DNA of 63,983 nucleotides, the filler included, from Octopus bimaculoides (taxonomy: Eukaryota): assembly GCF_001194135.2 (NCBI RefSeq). It is 6 parts of 6 records of this genome, joined end to end, with 100 filler letters (N's around TTAATTAATTAA, not from the genome) between each part and the next. Parts side by side here need not be neighbours in the genome. Positions count along the whole stretch, not along the records: positions 17,414 to 32,734 come from NC_068985.1; positions 32,835 to 44,298 come from NC_068999.1; 4 more parts are not named here. The stretch is one strand, 5' to 3'. The translations under genes were made by a program, and so were the position numbers. Each line of letters starts with the position of its first letter. The first letter of the stretch is position 1. Below, one piece after another: positions 27,611 through 41,599 of this stretch. The notes under the pieces were generated by a model. It was not told the origin of the DNA. It ran no database searches and worked only from the letters and a program-made list of their open reading frames with translations.

Positions 27611-27877
27611 CAGCCACGGTCCACGTCGTCGAAGAACCGCATTACCAAGCATTAGAAGGTATGCCATGGACGTTATATAAACGTAACTCAGTTAATGTCG
27701 TTGGTGTTTAGATTCTTCAGACTTCGCAGATTTTCTGATCTCTATAGTAAGATGGTATATCAAGTCATGATGTAATTCTATCTTACTGATATGGTCAACT
27801 TATTCCTCGCATTTTCTCCTCGCTGTGTTTTAACAGATCAAAGGCATAGCTTTGTTTGCTTTAATGATAGCAAGTAT

Positions 27878-28095
27878 AAGGTGGTGAGTTGGTTGAACAA
27901 TCCAGTATGATGGACGAAATGTTTAACACCTTTATATTCATGTACTTATTCTGATTTCAAATTGCGCCGTGGTCGACTTCGCTTTTCCTCTTTTTGGGGT
28001 TGACGAAATGAATACCAGTCGAGCACTGGGGGACGATGTAATTGACTGGCATTTCGCCCTCTAGAACAAATTAGGCCTTGTGACTATTATAGAAA
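27878..28095 (+). mobile_element. SINE family C (diverged)
   Basis: Aligns with 26968 and 56118 over the head, the core (gtcgacttcgcttt..ggggttgacgaa) and the tail (ggccttgtg..tattatagaaagaatt). Confidence 0.7.
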
Positions 28096-28355
28096 GAATT
28101 AATTTTAGCAAAGATGTATTAAGCTCAAACGCCGCCGGAGTTGACTACTATTTCATCACTTCGGGATCGATAAAATAAACATTTGTTTACTCCTTCCCCT
28201 AAAATTATTGAACTTTTGCCAATATTTCAAACCATTCATTATAGCAAGGATATATATCAAAATATGTGTACGCACAATCGTGTTTATTTGCCTAGAAGTA
28301 TTTATACATGTACTACAATACATATACAAATATGATATATGACATACGATATATA

Positions 28356-28407
<52 letters not shown>

Positions 28408-29212
28408 ACACATGAAGTTAAGTTGCCTTATTCTTTTTGGAACATATAATCGATGATATTTTGAGGCAGCATACATATACATCGTATTTTATATTCACCC
28501 ACTTCCAAAATAACACCAAATACAATATTAAAATATATAATTTGTTGCACGAAAATTTTTCGTCAGATGACTATTTAGAAAATAAAAAAATATATATATT
28601 TTGCTGAATATCAAATATGTTTAACCTTCAATGGGTATCACTTGATATATATCATATCATATAGCAAAACCTATAAACTGATATAACCCAAATGTCAAGG
28701 CTTGCACGTATACGCAGACCTTGTGAAGATTTATAGAGGAAGACTGGCAAATTCCTATTCCGGAAAAGCTTTAATTCTTTCATCGTCAAAATACAGATGT
28801 TTATCGAAGGGATAGACGACCTCTTTGGTTGACACATCTTGGCACATCAGCTGTCGTATGCATCGTAATTAGCATACAAAAGATAATAGCTCATTACGAG
28901 GTTGCTCAATTCACCGTACAAGAAGGGTATGTTTTATCAAACAAATAGACGATGAAATGAAAAGGATATTTGTAAAATAGGAAATCACAACGTAGAGAGT
29001 CTAAACGAAAATTACCACGGATTGAGCGAATTCTATAAAACACAAAACGCTCTGCTAAATCTTTGTCCCCTTAAAAGGTCAGGACCTGGACTCTAAGTAC
29101 AATGGATACATTTAACAAAATATATCAATATACCCCATATACAAATATCATAGAGATGTACTTGCATAGAAAGTGACCTAATGTGAGATCCTATCCTGAA
29201 ACAAAAGCAATC

Positions 29213-29441
29213 GCATCGTGTAAGGTGTTATAGAGCATTTAAAAACACACAAAACCGTTAGATTCACGTCAACATTTGAATTTAATTTCTCAAATTATTC
29301 CCGTCCTTTTGAAACCACAACATGATCACTGTCAAAATTCCGTACAGCACGGAAATATTTTGGCAAATTAAATTTAAATGTTGAAGTGATTCTAACGGTT
29401 TTTGTGTGTTTTAAAATGGCTTATAAACACCTTCCACGCTA
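29213..29441. mobile_element. Palindromic MITE-like element
   Basis: aaggtgttatagagcatttaaaaacacacaaaaccgttagattcac.tcaacattt.aatttaattt is mirrored by its reverse complement at about 29348-29433. The spacer is about 45 nt. Confidence 0.8.
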
Positions 29442-32280
29442 CAAGTATTTTACTTTACATAAATATTGTGTCTGCATATGTGTGCGTTTGTATATGCTTT
29501 AGCATGAGCACGTATGTAGTCTATTTAAATAATTAAACTGAATGTAAATGATTTCTATGGATCATACCTAAAGTAGAATCACTGTTGAAAGGCATGAAGC
29601 AGTTGATTTTGTATGACCGAAAATATCTTGATACACATTTTTTTAACCAAATATATATCGAGGTGGAACAAACCTCGTCCCAGCACAACTCACAGTAACT
29701 GGAGACGCATTTTGCTCTTCATGAGGAGTGCCGATAATATGTAACAAAATACGTCACCTCCGAAACATAGTGAACAGTTGATAGATATCATTTACACGTC
29801 TATACTGAAATGCAATAGCGCACATACACACACGCAAACACTCACAAATACACGTGCACCGTTATATGCTCTTCCAATCATACACATACGCAATTATGTT
29901 TCCATAAAAATGCAACACTGTGCATAGACATATACGCACCCATTTATTCCGCCTAAACATGTTCACGCACGCAGATATAGCAAGTTCTAGTGCACATGTA
30001 TTCACGTGCACTCATTCATACATACACGCATACATACATACATACATACATACATACATACATACATACATACGTATATATCTACACACAACCAAAGACA
30101 CATCACGTCCCCTTATTCATACATCTGATACGCGCACACAATATTATAAAGGCTTTGCTTCCGCTGTCGAAATTAATAAGACATTACAATGTGAGCAGCG
30201 AGCACCAACAGAAATATATTTCCTAGCAGACATCTTCGACTTTTGTTCGTCACATGTACCAAATGCTAGTAGGCTCATTGACTGCATTTACGGTAGAGAA
30301 ACTTTCTTCATATGGTAAAATGTGTAACAACACACACACTCACACACACACACACACATACACACACACATACACACACACACACACACACAATATGGGG
30401 TTTTGTTTCAGCGGGCCCTGACCCGCTTATATGCTGCTAGCTTCCTGTCCAACGACGCAGTCCAACAAATTTCCTATTCCCCATGGAAATTCTGTCGCTG
30501 AATCGTCGATTTTCCTAAGACATTACAATGTGAGCAGCATTCACTAACAACAGCCTGTTTCCCAGCAGCCATCTTCGAATTCTTTTTGTCACATATTTTA
30601 ACTGCTTAAAGTCTCATTCACTGCATTTACGTAGAGAAAATGTTCTCTTATGTTAAAAATGCGGAACTACACAAACATACACACACACACACAAACACAT
30701 TCATACACATTTCGGATTTGCGCTATATTAGAAAGTCCTTGCCGCAGAATGGCAGTGAACTCAAATCGACATGTTTGCAAAGCCAGCCTCTTGACTTTAC
30801 TACCTGTGCCTGTATTTATAAACTGTTTTAAAACATGTGAGATCATTTCAAATACACGGAAAATTGTGATATATCTTCATCAGAAAATGAACGCGTTTGA
30901 TCGCTTACTTAAGTTTCCACACATTCCCTGTGGAACCACTAATGAAAATATTGAATTAATTATAGGTTTATGTGAATATTATAACTAACTAAATTATGTG
31001 AATATTATAATTAACTGTTAGGTTATATGAATATTACAATGACAGAGTTATTGTATCAAATGTACGCGCGTGCGCTATGTACGTGCATATGTGAGTGTGT
31101 GCTCGTATGCGTGTGTGCGCGTATGCGTGTGTGCGCGTATGCGTGTGTGCGCGTATGCTGTGTGTGCCAGTGTGTGTGCGTGTTTCCAGTGGCAAAATTT
31201 ACTGTTGCCAAAATAGGCTAAATGTCCAGTCATCCGTCCATATCATCTCAACGTTCACAAAAATACGCCCAGATGACTCATTCCGTTCTAAAGAATCGGA
31301 CACATAGGTACATTCTTCGTTTACTCCATTATAATCAATATCACCGTCATCGTCGTCATCATCATTATCGTCCTCCTCCTTCTACTCCTCCTCCTCCTCA
31401 TCATCATCATCATCGTCATTATAATTATCTTCATCATCATTATCATTATGATCATCAACATCATTACCAACAACATCGCCTCTTCCTTCATAGCAACGAA
31501 CAATTTCAAACGATGTTGAAGATCCTATATTCTTATTGTCGGACCTAAACAATATCATCAACATGCGATTATCCCACTAGAAGTACCATTCCTCAAACCA
31601 TCAAACACACTCACTCAACCATCAACATTATCTAAACATCAACAACCAAATTATGATAATTATTTCCAACATGCAAATTATCGTCATTAATATTTTGCCA
31701 CACACAAAATTTGATATCTATGTTGAGATATATAAAAACCTAAACTTCTTTACAGAACTGGTTGTATTTTATCTTGCAAAAAATTGGTAAGTCCAACTTT
31801 CTTTTACATGCTTAATATTTATATTACTTATATCCTTAGAGATTTTCTATAAATCATGAAGAAACTATTTTACAAATGGTGAAACTATTGCGTAACTACA
31901 GCTGTAATTTTCTAACGATTCCTAAATTTAAAATGGCTTTATAGATTTATGAGACATAATATACATTAAGGGCAACTACAAAACATATTTGTTTTATGCG
32001 CAATATCTACTTGAGTATCCTATGTATACATTTATTTAAAGGATTATATTATATATATTATATTTGGACTCTCATGGGGCTACAGAAGAGCACGTAATAT
32101 AAATAGGATGGCAATGGATAAATCAAATGCTTCAGACTATAAATAGGAAGCGGTGCTTAATATTTCGTGGGGGTCAGTTGCAGTTATTGGAAATTTAATA
32201 TAAGATGGATAATAACATTATGCGTTCATATGCACATACGCACATGCACACGCAGACACAGACACAGACACATGCACACA

Positions 32281-32321
<41 letters not shown>

Positions 32322-32339
32322 ATACACAAACACACACTC

Positions 32340-32370
<31 letters not shown>

Positions 32371-32412
32371 GTGTTATTAGATTATCGATCAATACATTAA
32401 TACATTATTACG

Positions 32413-32625
32413 TAAGATGGTGAGCTGGTAGAACCGCTAGCACGTCATCCCAAAAAGCTTAGCTGCATTTCGTCTTGCTTTACACTTTGTGTTCAAATTC
32501 TACCCAGGTGAACTTTGCCTTTCATTATGACGTGTCTGATAGAATAGGGACCAACTGAGCACTGGGGTTGATGAAATTGATTCAACAACTTCTCCAAAGT
32601 TGCTGGCCTTTTGCCAAGAATTTAA
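32413..32625 (+). mobile_element. SINE family C
   Basis: ggtgagctggtagaaccgctagcacg...gttcaaattc..gaactttgcctttcat..gagcactggggttgatg. Confidence 0.75.
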
Positions 32626-33116
32626 ACAATTATATCATGTATGTATACACACACACAAACGTATATTATAATATAACATAATATAATATCTCTCTCTCTC
32701 TCTCTCTCGTTCTCTCTCTCTCTCTCGTTCTCTCNNNNNNNNNNNNNNNNNNNNNNNNNNNNNNNNNNNNNNNNNNNNTTAATTAATTAANNNNNNNNNN
32801 NNNNNNNNNNNNNNNNNNNNNNNNNNNNNNNNNNGTGTGTGTGTGTGTGTGTGTGTGTGAGGAACTTTTCCTTTTTTTTTTTGGTCCTTACTTTCTATCA
32901 TGTTTTACTCAATATCGTTATTGCAATATTCAATGAATATCATAATTTTTAAATATTTTGCAATAATGTCGATATAAAAAAAGTATAAATTAAAATGCAC
33001 ATATATACCCGCGTACAAAAACATATACAATATCATAGTCACATGTATACAGACATATGCACTTACATATGACTATATACACATACATACATATATATAT
33101 ATTACACACACACGCG

Positions 33117-33147
<31 letters not shown>

Positions 33148-34329
33148 TCATATATATATATATAAATACACATACATACATACATATACATATGCATGTA
33201 CATGTGTATTTATACATGTATACATATATGTATAAAGATATAATACAGATAGATAGATTGATAAATATATAGATGGATATAAAGATAAATTGATAAATTG
33301 ATAGACAAATACATTCATACATACGTATACATCTTTACATATGCGTATATACTTCGTTGAAAGAGAGAGAGAGAGAAAGAGAGTGAAAGAGTACGAGGGG
33401 TACAAACAAACACAAAGATATATATATATATATATGTGTGTGTGTGTAAGTATGTATGTATATATATATGCATATACATATATATATTTAAAAATACAAG
33501 CAAAAACTGCAAACAGTTTGTATATATATGTGTGTTTGTGTGTGCATGTGTGTATACATACATGAATATATATATATATATATATCTGTATATATCCATG
33601 TATATATANNNNNNNNNNNNNNNNNNNNNNNNNNNNNNNNNNNNNNNNNNNNNNNNNNNNNNNNNNNNNNNNNNNNNNNNNNNNNNNNNNNNNNNNNNNN
33701 NNNNNNNNNNNNNNNNNNNNNNNNNNNNNNNNNNNNNNNNNNNNNNNNNNNNNNNNNNNNNNNNNNNNNNNNNNNNNNNNNNNNNNNNNNNNNNNNNNNN
33801 NNNNNNNNNNNNNNNNNNNNNNNNNNNNNNNNNNNNNNNNNNNNNNNNNNNNNNNNNNNNNNNNNNNNNNNNNNNNNNNNNNNNNNNNNNNNNNNNNNNN
33901 NNNNNNNNNNNNNNNNNNNNNNNNNNNNNNNNNNNNNNNNNNNNNNNNNNNNNNNNNNNNNNNNNNNNNNNNNNNNNNNNNNNNNNNNNNNNNNNNNNNN
34001 NNNNNNNNNNNNNNNNNNNNNNNNNNNNNNNNNNNNNNNNNNNNNNNNNNNNNNNNNNNNNNNNNNNNNNNNNNNNNNNNNNNNNNNNNNNNNNNNNNNN
34101 NNNNNCGCTCTTGTACACACGCACACACACACAGATACACTTGACGTACACATATAAAAATACATAAATGTGTGCAGGTATTTAGATATGCACATGCATA
34201 TATATATACACATGTATACAATAAAGGCCATGCGTACTTGCATGTTAATTTTAAGATTGAAAATAAAATATATTTTTTAAAAATTGATAAAATTTATTGG
34301 ATTTTTTTTGGCATTAAAAAATGGTTGTG

Positions 34330-34599
34330 CCTTCATACCTAAAAATCATCATTGCTTTCATGTTGGTCGTCGTCGACGCCATCAATGGCGTCGTCGACAT
34401 TGTCATCGTCATCGTTGTGGTCATCGTTGCCCTTGTCCCAATAATCATCGTCGTCGCACCCCATCGCCTTCATCATCATCGTCATTGTCTTTCTAGACGT
34501 CGGGGGTCTTCATCGTCATCGTTGTAATCGTCATTATCGATGTCGTCAGCATCATCATCATCATCATTGTCAGTATCATAATAGTCGTCATCGTCGTTC

Positions 34600-34632
<33 letters not shown>

Positions 34633-34643
34633 ACATTATCATT

Positions 34644-34727
<84 letters not shown>

Positions 34728-34754
34728 TTCATCATTATCATCATCTTCATCGTC

Positions 34755-34792
<38 letters not shown>

Positions 34793-34890
34793 ATTTGTCA
34801 TCAACGACATGATTATGATCATGATCCTCCTCCCCTTCCTCCTCCTCGTCATCATCATCAACGTCGTCATTATCATCATCGTCGTCGTCG

Positions 34891-34926
<36 letters not shown>

Positions 34927-35286
34927 ACATTATTGTACGTAGAGCCAGTTNNNNNNNNNNNNNNNNNNNNNNNNNNNNNNNNNNNNNNNNNNNNNNNNNN
35001 NNNNNNNNNNNNNNNNNNNNNNNNNNNNNNNNNNNNNNNNNNNNNNNNNNNNNNNNNNNNNNNNNNNNNNNNNNNNNNNNNNNNNNNNNNNNNNNNNNNN
35101 NNNNNNNNNNNNNNNNNNNNNNNNNNNNNNNNNNNNNNNNNNNNNNNNNNNNNNNNNNNNNNNNNNNNNNNNNNNNNNNNNNNNNNNNNNNNNNNNNNNN
35201 NNNNNNNNNNNNNNNNNNNNNNNNNNNNNNNNNNNNNNNNNNNNNNNNNNNNNNNNNNNNNNNNNNNNNNNNNNNNNNNNNNNNNN

Positions 35287-35338
<52 letters not shown>

Positions 35339-35390
35339 CATTATTATCATTATTATTATCGTCGTCGTCGTCGTTGTCGTTGTTGTCAAT
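34330..35390. repeat. Degenerate (CAT/CGT)n and (TAT)n trinucleotide arrays spanning a gap
   Basis: Read directly; this is the source of the poly-M and poly-I pseudo-ORFs. Confidence 0.95.
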
Positions 35391-35990
35391 GTTGCTGTTA
35401 ATATTTTTACCAACGTTAGAGAGAGGTTGTTGAATGATTTTTGTATGTGCGCATATGAAGGAATTTTTTTTGTTGTATTAAAAACCGCCAAAATATTATG
35501 TACATTCATGCATATATGTGTCTTTCTAATGTATACGTTTATTTCTGTAGTTTTAAGTATGCGCGTATACGAACCCCTATGGTTTAATGTGCTCCTATGT
35601 GTGTTTGTGTTTGTGTTTGTGCGTGTGCGTGTATGTATGTGTGTGTATATGTATGTTTTAATGTGTGACCATATGCATTTTAGTTTTACAATATTCAAGT
35701 GCATTGAGTTGATTAACTTCTTTCTGTTTTTTTTTTTATTTAAATCTCAGATTTGCACTTTACCATTTCACCAAAGCTCGTGGTAATAATCTTCAATCAA
35801 ATTGAAGCACTTTTCTCATTCCAAAAGTTTGTTCTTTCGTGAGAGAGAGAAAAAAAAAATGACAACTGAAACATAACACAAAAAAAAATTATAAAATATA
35901 TATAAAAACCGGAGCCCACGGCAGTAGTGGTTGAAAATGTGCTTCACAGTTGGATCCTTGGTCGTATATTTTACGTTGATGCTGCTCACA

Positions 35991-35991
<1 letters not shown>

Positions 35992-36055
<64 letters not shown>

Positions 36056-36276
36056 ATAATAGTAGTGCGTTTTTCTATTTTACTTTCATTTTTCTTTTGT
36101 GTTTGATATTTTTAAAATTTGGTTCATATTTCTTTTTGAAATTTTTGTTGATATTGTTTACATTATTGTCAGTATTTTTTGTAATAACAGTCATTACTTT
36201 TGTTGATATGGTTAAAAGAAATCGATTTCATAATTGTGTTTATAATAATAACAACAACAACAATATTAATAATAAT

Positions 36277-36349
<73 letters not shown>

Positions 36350-36440
36350 CAATAATGATTATTATTATTATAATAATAGTAATAATAAACAACAACAATA
36401 ATAATAATAACGATTATTATTATTTATTTATTTATTTATT
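35992..36440. repeat. (GTA)n, (AAT)n and (TATT)n microsatellites
   Basis: Read directly from the sequence. Confidence 0.9.
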
Positions 36441-37019
36441 TATTCTTAGTTTTTGGTTTGGCATTTTTAGATTTGCTCATAGTCATTTTCGCGTTACGTT
36501 TAGTACCGTTATCGTTGCTGCACTAATAGACGTTGTCGCAAATCTGTTCTTCAATTTGTTGCTGTTATTGCTAATGGTGTTATTGTTGATTCTTAGCTCT
36601 TAGTACAGCTATTACACGGCTGCACATATACACAAACTTACGCACATTCTCATGTGCATGCGCGCCTGTGCGTATGCGCTCATGGAGGATGTGTCGTAGA
36701 CACAACGGTTGTGTAACTTTAAGTGTAATATGAGATAGTTCATGTCATACACTGTCTAAGAAGTACGTAAAAAATAATCGTACAGAACTACTTTCTCACA
36801 CTCTCACTCCCTTCACCCGCTCTCACACACGGGCACATTATATATGTTTAATAATCTTAGACAACGGACATAGTTTCGGCCAAAGAGAATATGTATCAAC
36901 GTTATGATAAGCCTAAAGCTTTATCTAGTTACCTAGATAAAAGAATAGGTAAATATATAAGTGACTAGACATGAACACATGCATGAATATATACGTATAC
37001 ATGTGTATATATATATATG

Positions 37020-37104
<85 letters not shown>

Positions 37105-37135
37105 CTGTCTGTCTATCTGTCTGTCTGTCTATCTA
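37020..37135. repeat. (TCTA)n(TCTG)n microsatellite
   Basis: Read directly from the sequence. Confidence 0.95.
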
Positions 37136-37182
37136 TATATATGTATGTATATATATATATGTGTACATGTGTGAATGTATAT

Positions 37183-37238
<56 letters not shown>

Positions 37239-37309
37239 TTTATTTAAAAGCAGAGGGAGAATTCACAAGAAAACAACAGACAAAGACAGGTGGTGTAGAA
37301 AGAAAAAGT

Positions 37310-37345
37310 CTTTAACGTTTCGAGCTTACGCTCTTCCACAGAAAG
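37310..37345 (-). ncRNA. Putative minimal type-I hammerhead ribozyme variant (A6U core)
   Basis: CUUU CUGUGGA A GAGC-GUAA-GCUC GAAA CG UU AAAG. Stem I is 4 bp, stem II is 4 bp with a GNRA loop, stem III is the palindromic ACGU, the triplet is GUU, and the core has U at position 6. Confidence 0.5.
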
Positions 37346-37949
37346 GAACACAGAAAGAAACAAGGAAATAAACAAGGACACATACATACGTATACACACA
37401 CTCATACACAGGGTACGTTAGATTTTAGTCAGAGAAAAATCAAACTAGCATAGTCTAAAGTAAAGAAGACTTTAACATTATCGTCCTTTTTACATTACTT
37501 TCCAGATAAATAACGTCCGACATCAGATTGTTGTGATAAGAATTTGTAAAGTTTCGAAACAATAAGCAATAATTCTCGTGTGGAACTGGATCTCGAAACA
37601 TATAAAGGCTCTAAATAATAACATGTACAAACTGGGTCCACAAGCCCTTTTGGATACAAAAAGTCAAAGTTTTTCCTTCAGATGTGGACCCACATTTCCT
37701 ATAGACATCACAGACATTCTACCATTGCATGAAAGCAATCCTTCGAATTTCTCTCTTCATTTTAGAAACTTTATTTTTACCAGTGAGAATTCTACGATGT
37801 TGAAGTTATATGAATTGAAAAACCATTTGAAAGAACGTCCCGAAGCACATAAATATATTTCCACCATGTTTAAATGAAACCTAAAAAGACATCTCTTATT
37901 GTCCGAGTTTCCTTTGATTGAATTAGATAACAGAGTACATTAAGAACGT

Positions 37950-38290
37950 AAAGGTACATGGCCCAGTGGTTAGCGCGTCGGGCTCACAAGCATAGGTGTG
38001 TGAATTCAATTCCTGAACCGGGCTGTGTGTTGTGTTCTTGGGCAAGACGTTTTCTTTCATCTTGTTCCAGTTTACATCAGCTACAGAAATGAGTTGCATC
38101 GTCCCTGGTTCCCAGATATATCGATCCTTACGTCTCCCTTGGACAACAACGGTGGTGTGAAGAGGGGAGGCTGGTATGCATGGGTGACTGCTGGTCTTCC
38201 ATAAACAACCTTTCCCGGACGTGTGCTGCCTCAGAGGGTAACTTTCTTGGAGCAATCCCATGGTCAGTCATAACCGAAGGGAGACTTTTC
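37950..38290 (+). mobile_element. tRNA-derived SINE family B
   Basis: cagtggttagcgcgtcgggctcac...gaattcaattcctgaaccgg; aligns with 2352-2633. Confidence 0.85.
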
Positions 38291-39028
38291 TCTATGCCCT
38301 TTTTTACAAAGAGAATTTAAAATAAAACAGGAGACTTCACCTGAGTATACAATACATTATATCCGAGTAAGATTGTTTGGATTAGGATTTTTAAAAAATA
38401 AACTGCCGTAGACAGAGACGACACGATGAAATTTATGAATGTATGTAGCTTGTATATATAGCTCCAGCTGAGCTCAAGCGAATGGCTACAAAATCAGCTT
38501 TCTTTTATACCGCATTACTTAACACGTTACATAATTAAATAAAATCGGGTGGGCATCGCAGGAAGCGTACCCTTGTGTTACTGATAGTACAGCCTGAAAC
38601 TGAGTCGTTCGTCCGACAGTAGACAAATGGATTAATTGAGAAAGAAGGAAGTAGAAATGAAAAGATGTCTGTTCCTGCCAACGAAAACCCGTGATTAACT
38701 TAAAGATTAATATAATCCTTGGGTAAATTGAAGCAACAGACTGGTTTCAGACATTCTTTTTAAATCGAAAGTACTTGGAAGCTAACTCAACTAATAAAAC
38801 AACAAAAATTCGCGCATGCGCAAATGTACACATATGCATACATAGACGCATAACACACATACACGCTTACACATGTACACATATACAAACATATATACAC
38901 ACATAAATACATGTATGTATACATTTACACATATATATATTCATTCATACAAACATACATATATACATACATGCATATATATGTATATATATATGTATAT
39001 GTATATGTATGTATGTATGTATGTATGC

Positions 39029-39065
<37 letters not shown>

Positions 39066-41284
39066 NNNNNNNNNNNNNNNNNNNNNNNNNNNNNNNNNNN
39101 NNNNNNNNNNNNNNNNNNNNNNNNNNNNNNNNNNNNNNNNNNNNNNNNNNNNNNNNNNNNNNNNNNNNNNNNNNNNNNNNNNNNNNNNNNNNNNNNNNNN
39201 NNNNNNNNNNNNNNNNNNNNNNNNNNNNNNNNNNNNNNNNNNNNNNNNNNNNNNNNNNNNNNNNNNNNNNNNNNNNNNNNNNNNNNNNNNNNNNNNNNNN
39301 NNNNNNNNNNNNNNNNNNNNNNNNNNNNNNNNNNNNNNNNNNNNNNNNNNNNNNNNNNNNNNNNNNNNNNNNNNNNNNNNNNNNNNNNNNNNNNNNNNNN
39401 NNNNNNNNNNNNNNNNNNNNNNNNNNNNNNNNNNNNNNNNNNNNNNNNNNNNNNNNNNNNNNNNNNNNNNNNNNNNNNNNNNNNNNNNNNNNNNNNNNNN
39501 NNNNNNNNNNNNNNNNNNNNNNNNNNNNNNNNNNNNNNNNNNNNNNNNNNNNNNNNNNNNNNNNNNNNNNNNNNNNNNNNNNNNNNNNNNNNNNNNNNNN
39601 NNNNNNNNNNNNNNNNNNNNNNNNNNNNNNNNNNNNNNNNNNNNNNNNNNNNNNNNNNNNNNNNNNNNNNNNNNNNNNNNNNNNNNNNNNNNNNNNNNNN
39701 NNNNNNNNNNNNNNNNNNNNNNNNNNNNNNNNNNNNNNNNNNNNNNNNNNNNNNNNNNNNNNNNNNNNNNNNNNNNNNNNNNNNNNNNNNNNNNNNNNNN
39801 NNNNNNNNNNNNNNTATATATATATATATATATATTCATATACGTTCGAAGAAAGCGACAGAGAGAAAGAGATGCTTAAAAGCTACACATATGTGAGACA
39901 CATGCTCTTCGTCGTATATTTTTGATGATAGACACTCGTATACATACACACATACACATCGCACATAATTAATTGCACCTTCATGGATATACATGTATAC
40001 AGAAAGACACGCACTCTCGAACACACAGACACACCGACACACGTATTAACTCTTATATGCAATTATGAGACACAAGCATACATGTGTGAATTCTCTAGAT
40101 ACGCATTAAAATAGATAAGCAAAACCCACACACATATACGCTTCCAGTCGAATATAAATGAAGTAACAATTGCGCACACAAGCACTCACATATACAATAC
40201 ACATACACATAATACACAAATATACACGGATGGAAAACCGCACACACACATATATATATATATGGACAATCTCTCCATATAGACGTATTAATAGTTGTAT
40301 GAAAAACACGTACATACACTTTAATACAGAAGCAAACAATACAACCGTACACAGAGGAACATATATACATATATGCGCACGCACACAATCTCCCACTATA
40401 GTACTGCTTAGCAAACATGAATCACACACACACACACACACTCACACACACACACACACACAGGCCATGCACGCATACGCACATATACACACTCAAACAG
40501 TCAGAAATTCGTATATACAAACAGAAAATCTACAAGTATACACTTAACGAAAAATGACACAATAAATCTAAAAATCTCCACGCGACCATCTGTCTAGAGT
40601 TGTTTACCAAGCAATTGCTGAATAGAGACCCAGAGTGAGTATTTTGAAAATTGGTTAGCAAACAATCTAAGCTTTAGCTCTCGCGAAACCAAGGCAGGAA
40701 ATGACAACGGCGAGGCAACGCCAAACCAGAATACTGGCGTCTTGAGCTCAGAAAGAAAAACCTCTTTTCAATTCATGCTTTTCTTTATATATTTAATAAT
40801 AAATACAGCTTAACTCTTCACCACACCCGGCTTCACTCGCTGTCTCTCCGAGCGATCGTTTACCTAATCTTCTCCTGAACTTCACCGCCGTCTGTCGCCC
40901 TTCGATGCACTCTTGCCGTCCGATCGACCAACCGACCCACAGACCGACAGGCCGACCGTCCGACCGAACAGCTCCGTCTTTCTTCCACAGTTCAAACACC
41001 GTAAATACTATGTACCAAAATACCCATCAGACAACTGGTGATCGTCTTATACAATCGGATACCCATTACTTTCATGTCTTCACCCAGACCAAAGAGTGCA
41101 TTGTCAAGGCATTTTTCTTCATTCACACACACAACCTAAACGTCTCAATCTTTATCAAAACCAACCCACGTCTTCTCTCCTCCTCCTCCTCCTCCTCCTC
41201 CTCTTCTTCCTCCTCCTCCTCCTTCTTCTTTTTCTCCTTTGATCGTCGGCAAAACTGTATTTGTGGTATCTATTCCCAGGTTTT

Positions 41285-41440
41285 ATAATTTGAGTTCAAA
41301 TCCCACCGGCGTCAGCTTTGCTTTTCGATACTTTGGAATCCATAAAATAAAGGAACAATCGAGTACCATATTCGACTATACCCGCCTTCTCAAATTGCTG
41401 TCCCTTAACAAAATTAGAGAGCGTTATTATAATATTGTCC
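41285..41440 (+). mobile_element. SINE family C, 5'-truncated and diverged
   Basis: tgagttcaaatcccaccggcgtcagctttgcttttc...caaattgctgtcc. Confidence 0.55.
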
Positions 41441-41599
41441 CCAGTTTTTACTGGAAATTTATTTTCCTAAGACAAACAAAAAAGTCATCCTTTGTACTTA
41501 GAAATGATGCTAATAAGTATTTTTTCAGACGCGCTAACGATTCTGCCGGCTCACTGCCTAAATTTTAATAATAATAATAATAATGATAATAATAATGAT

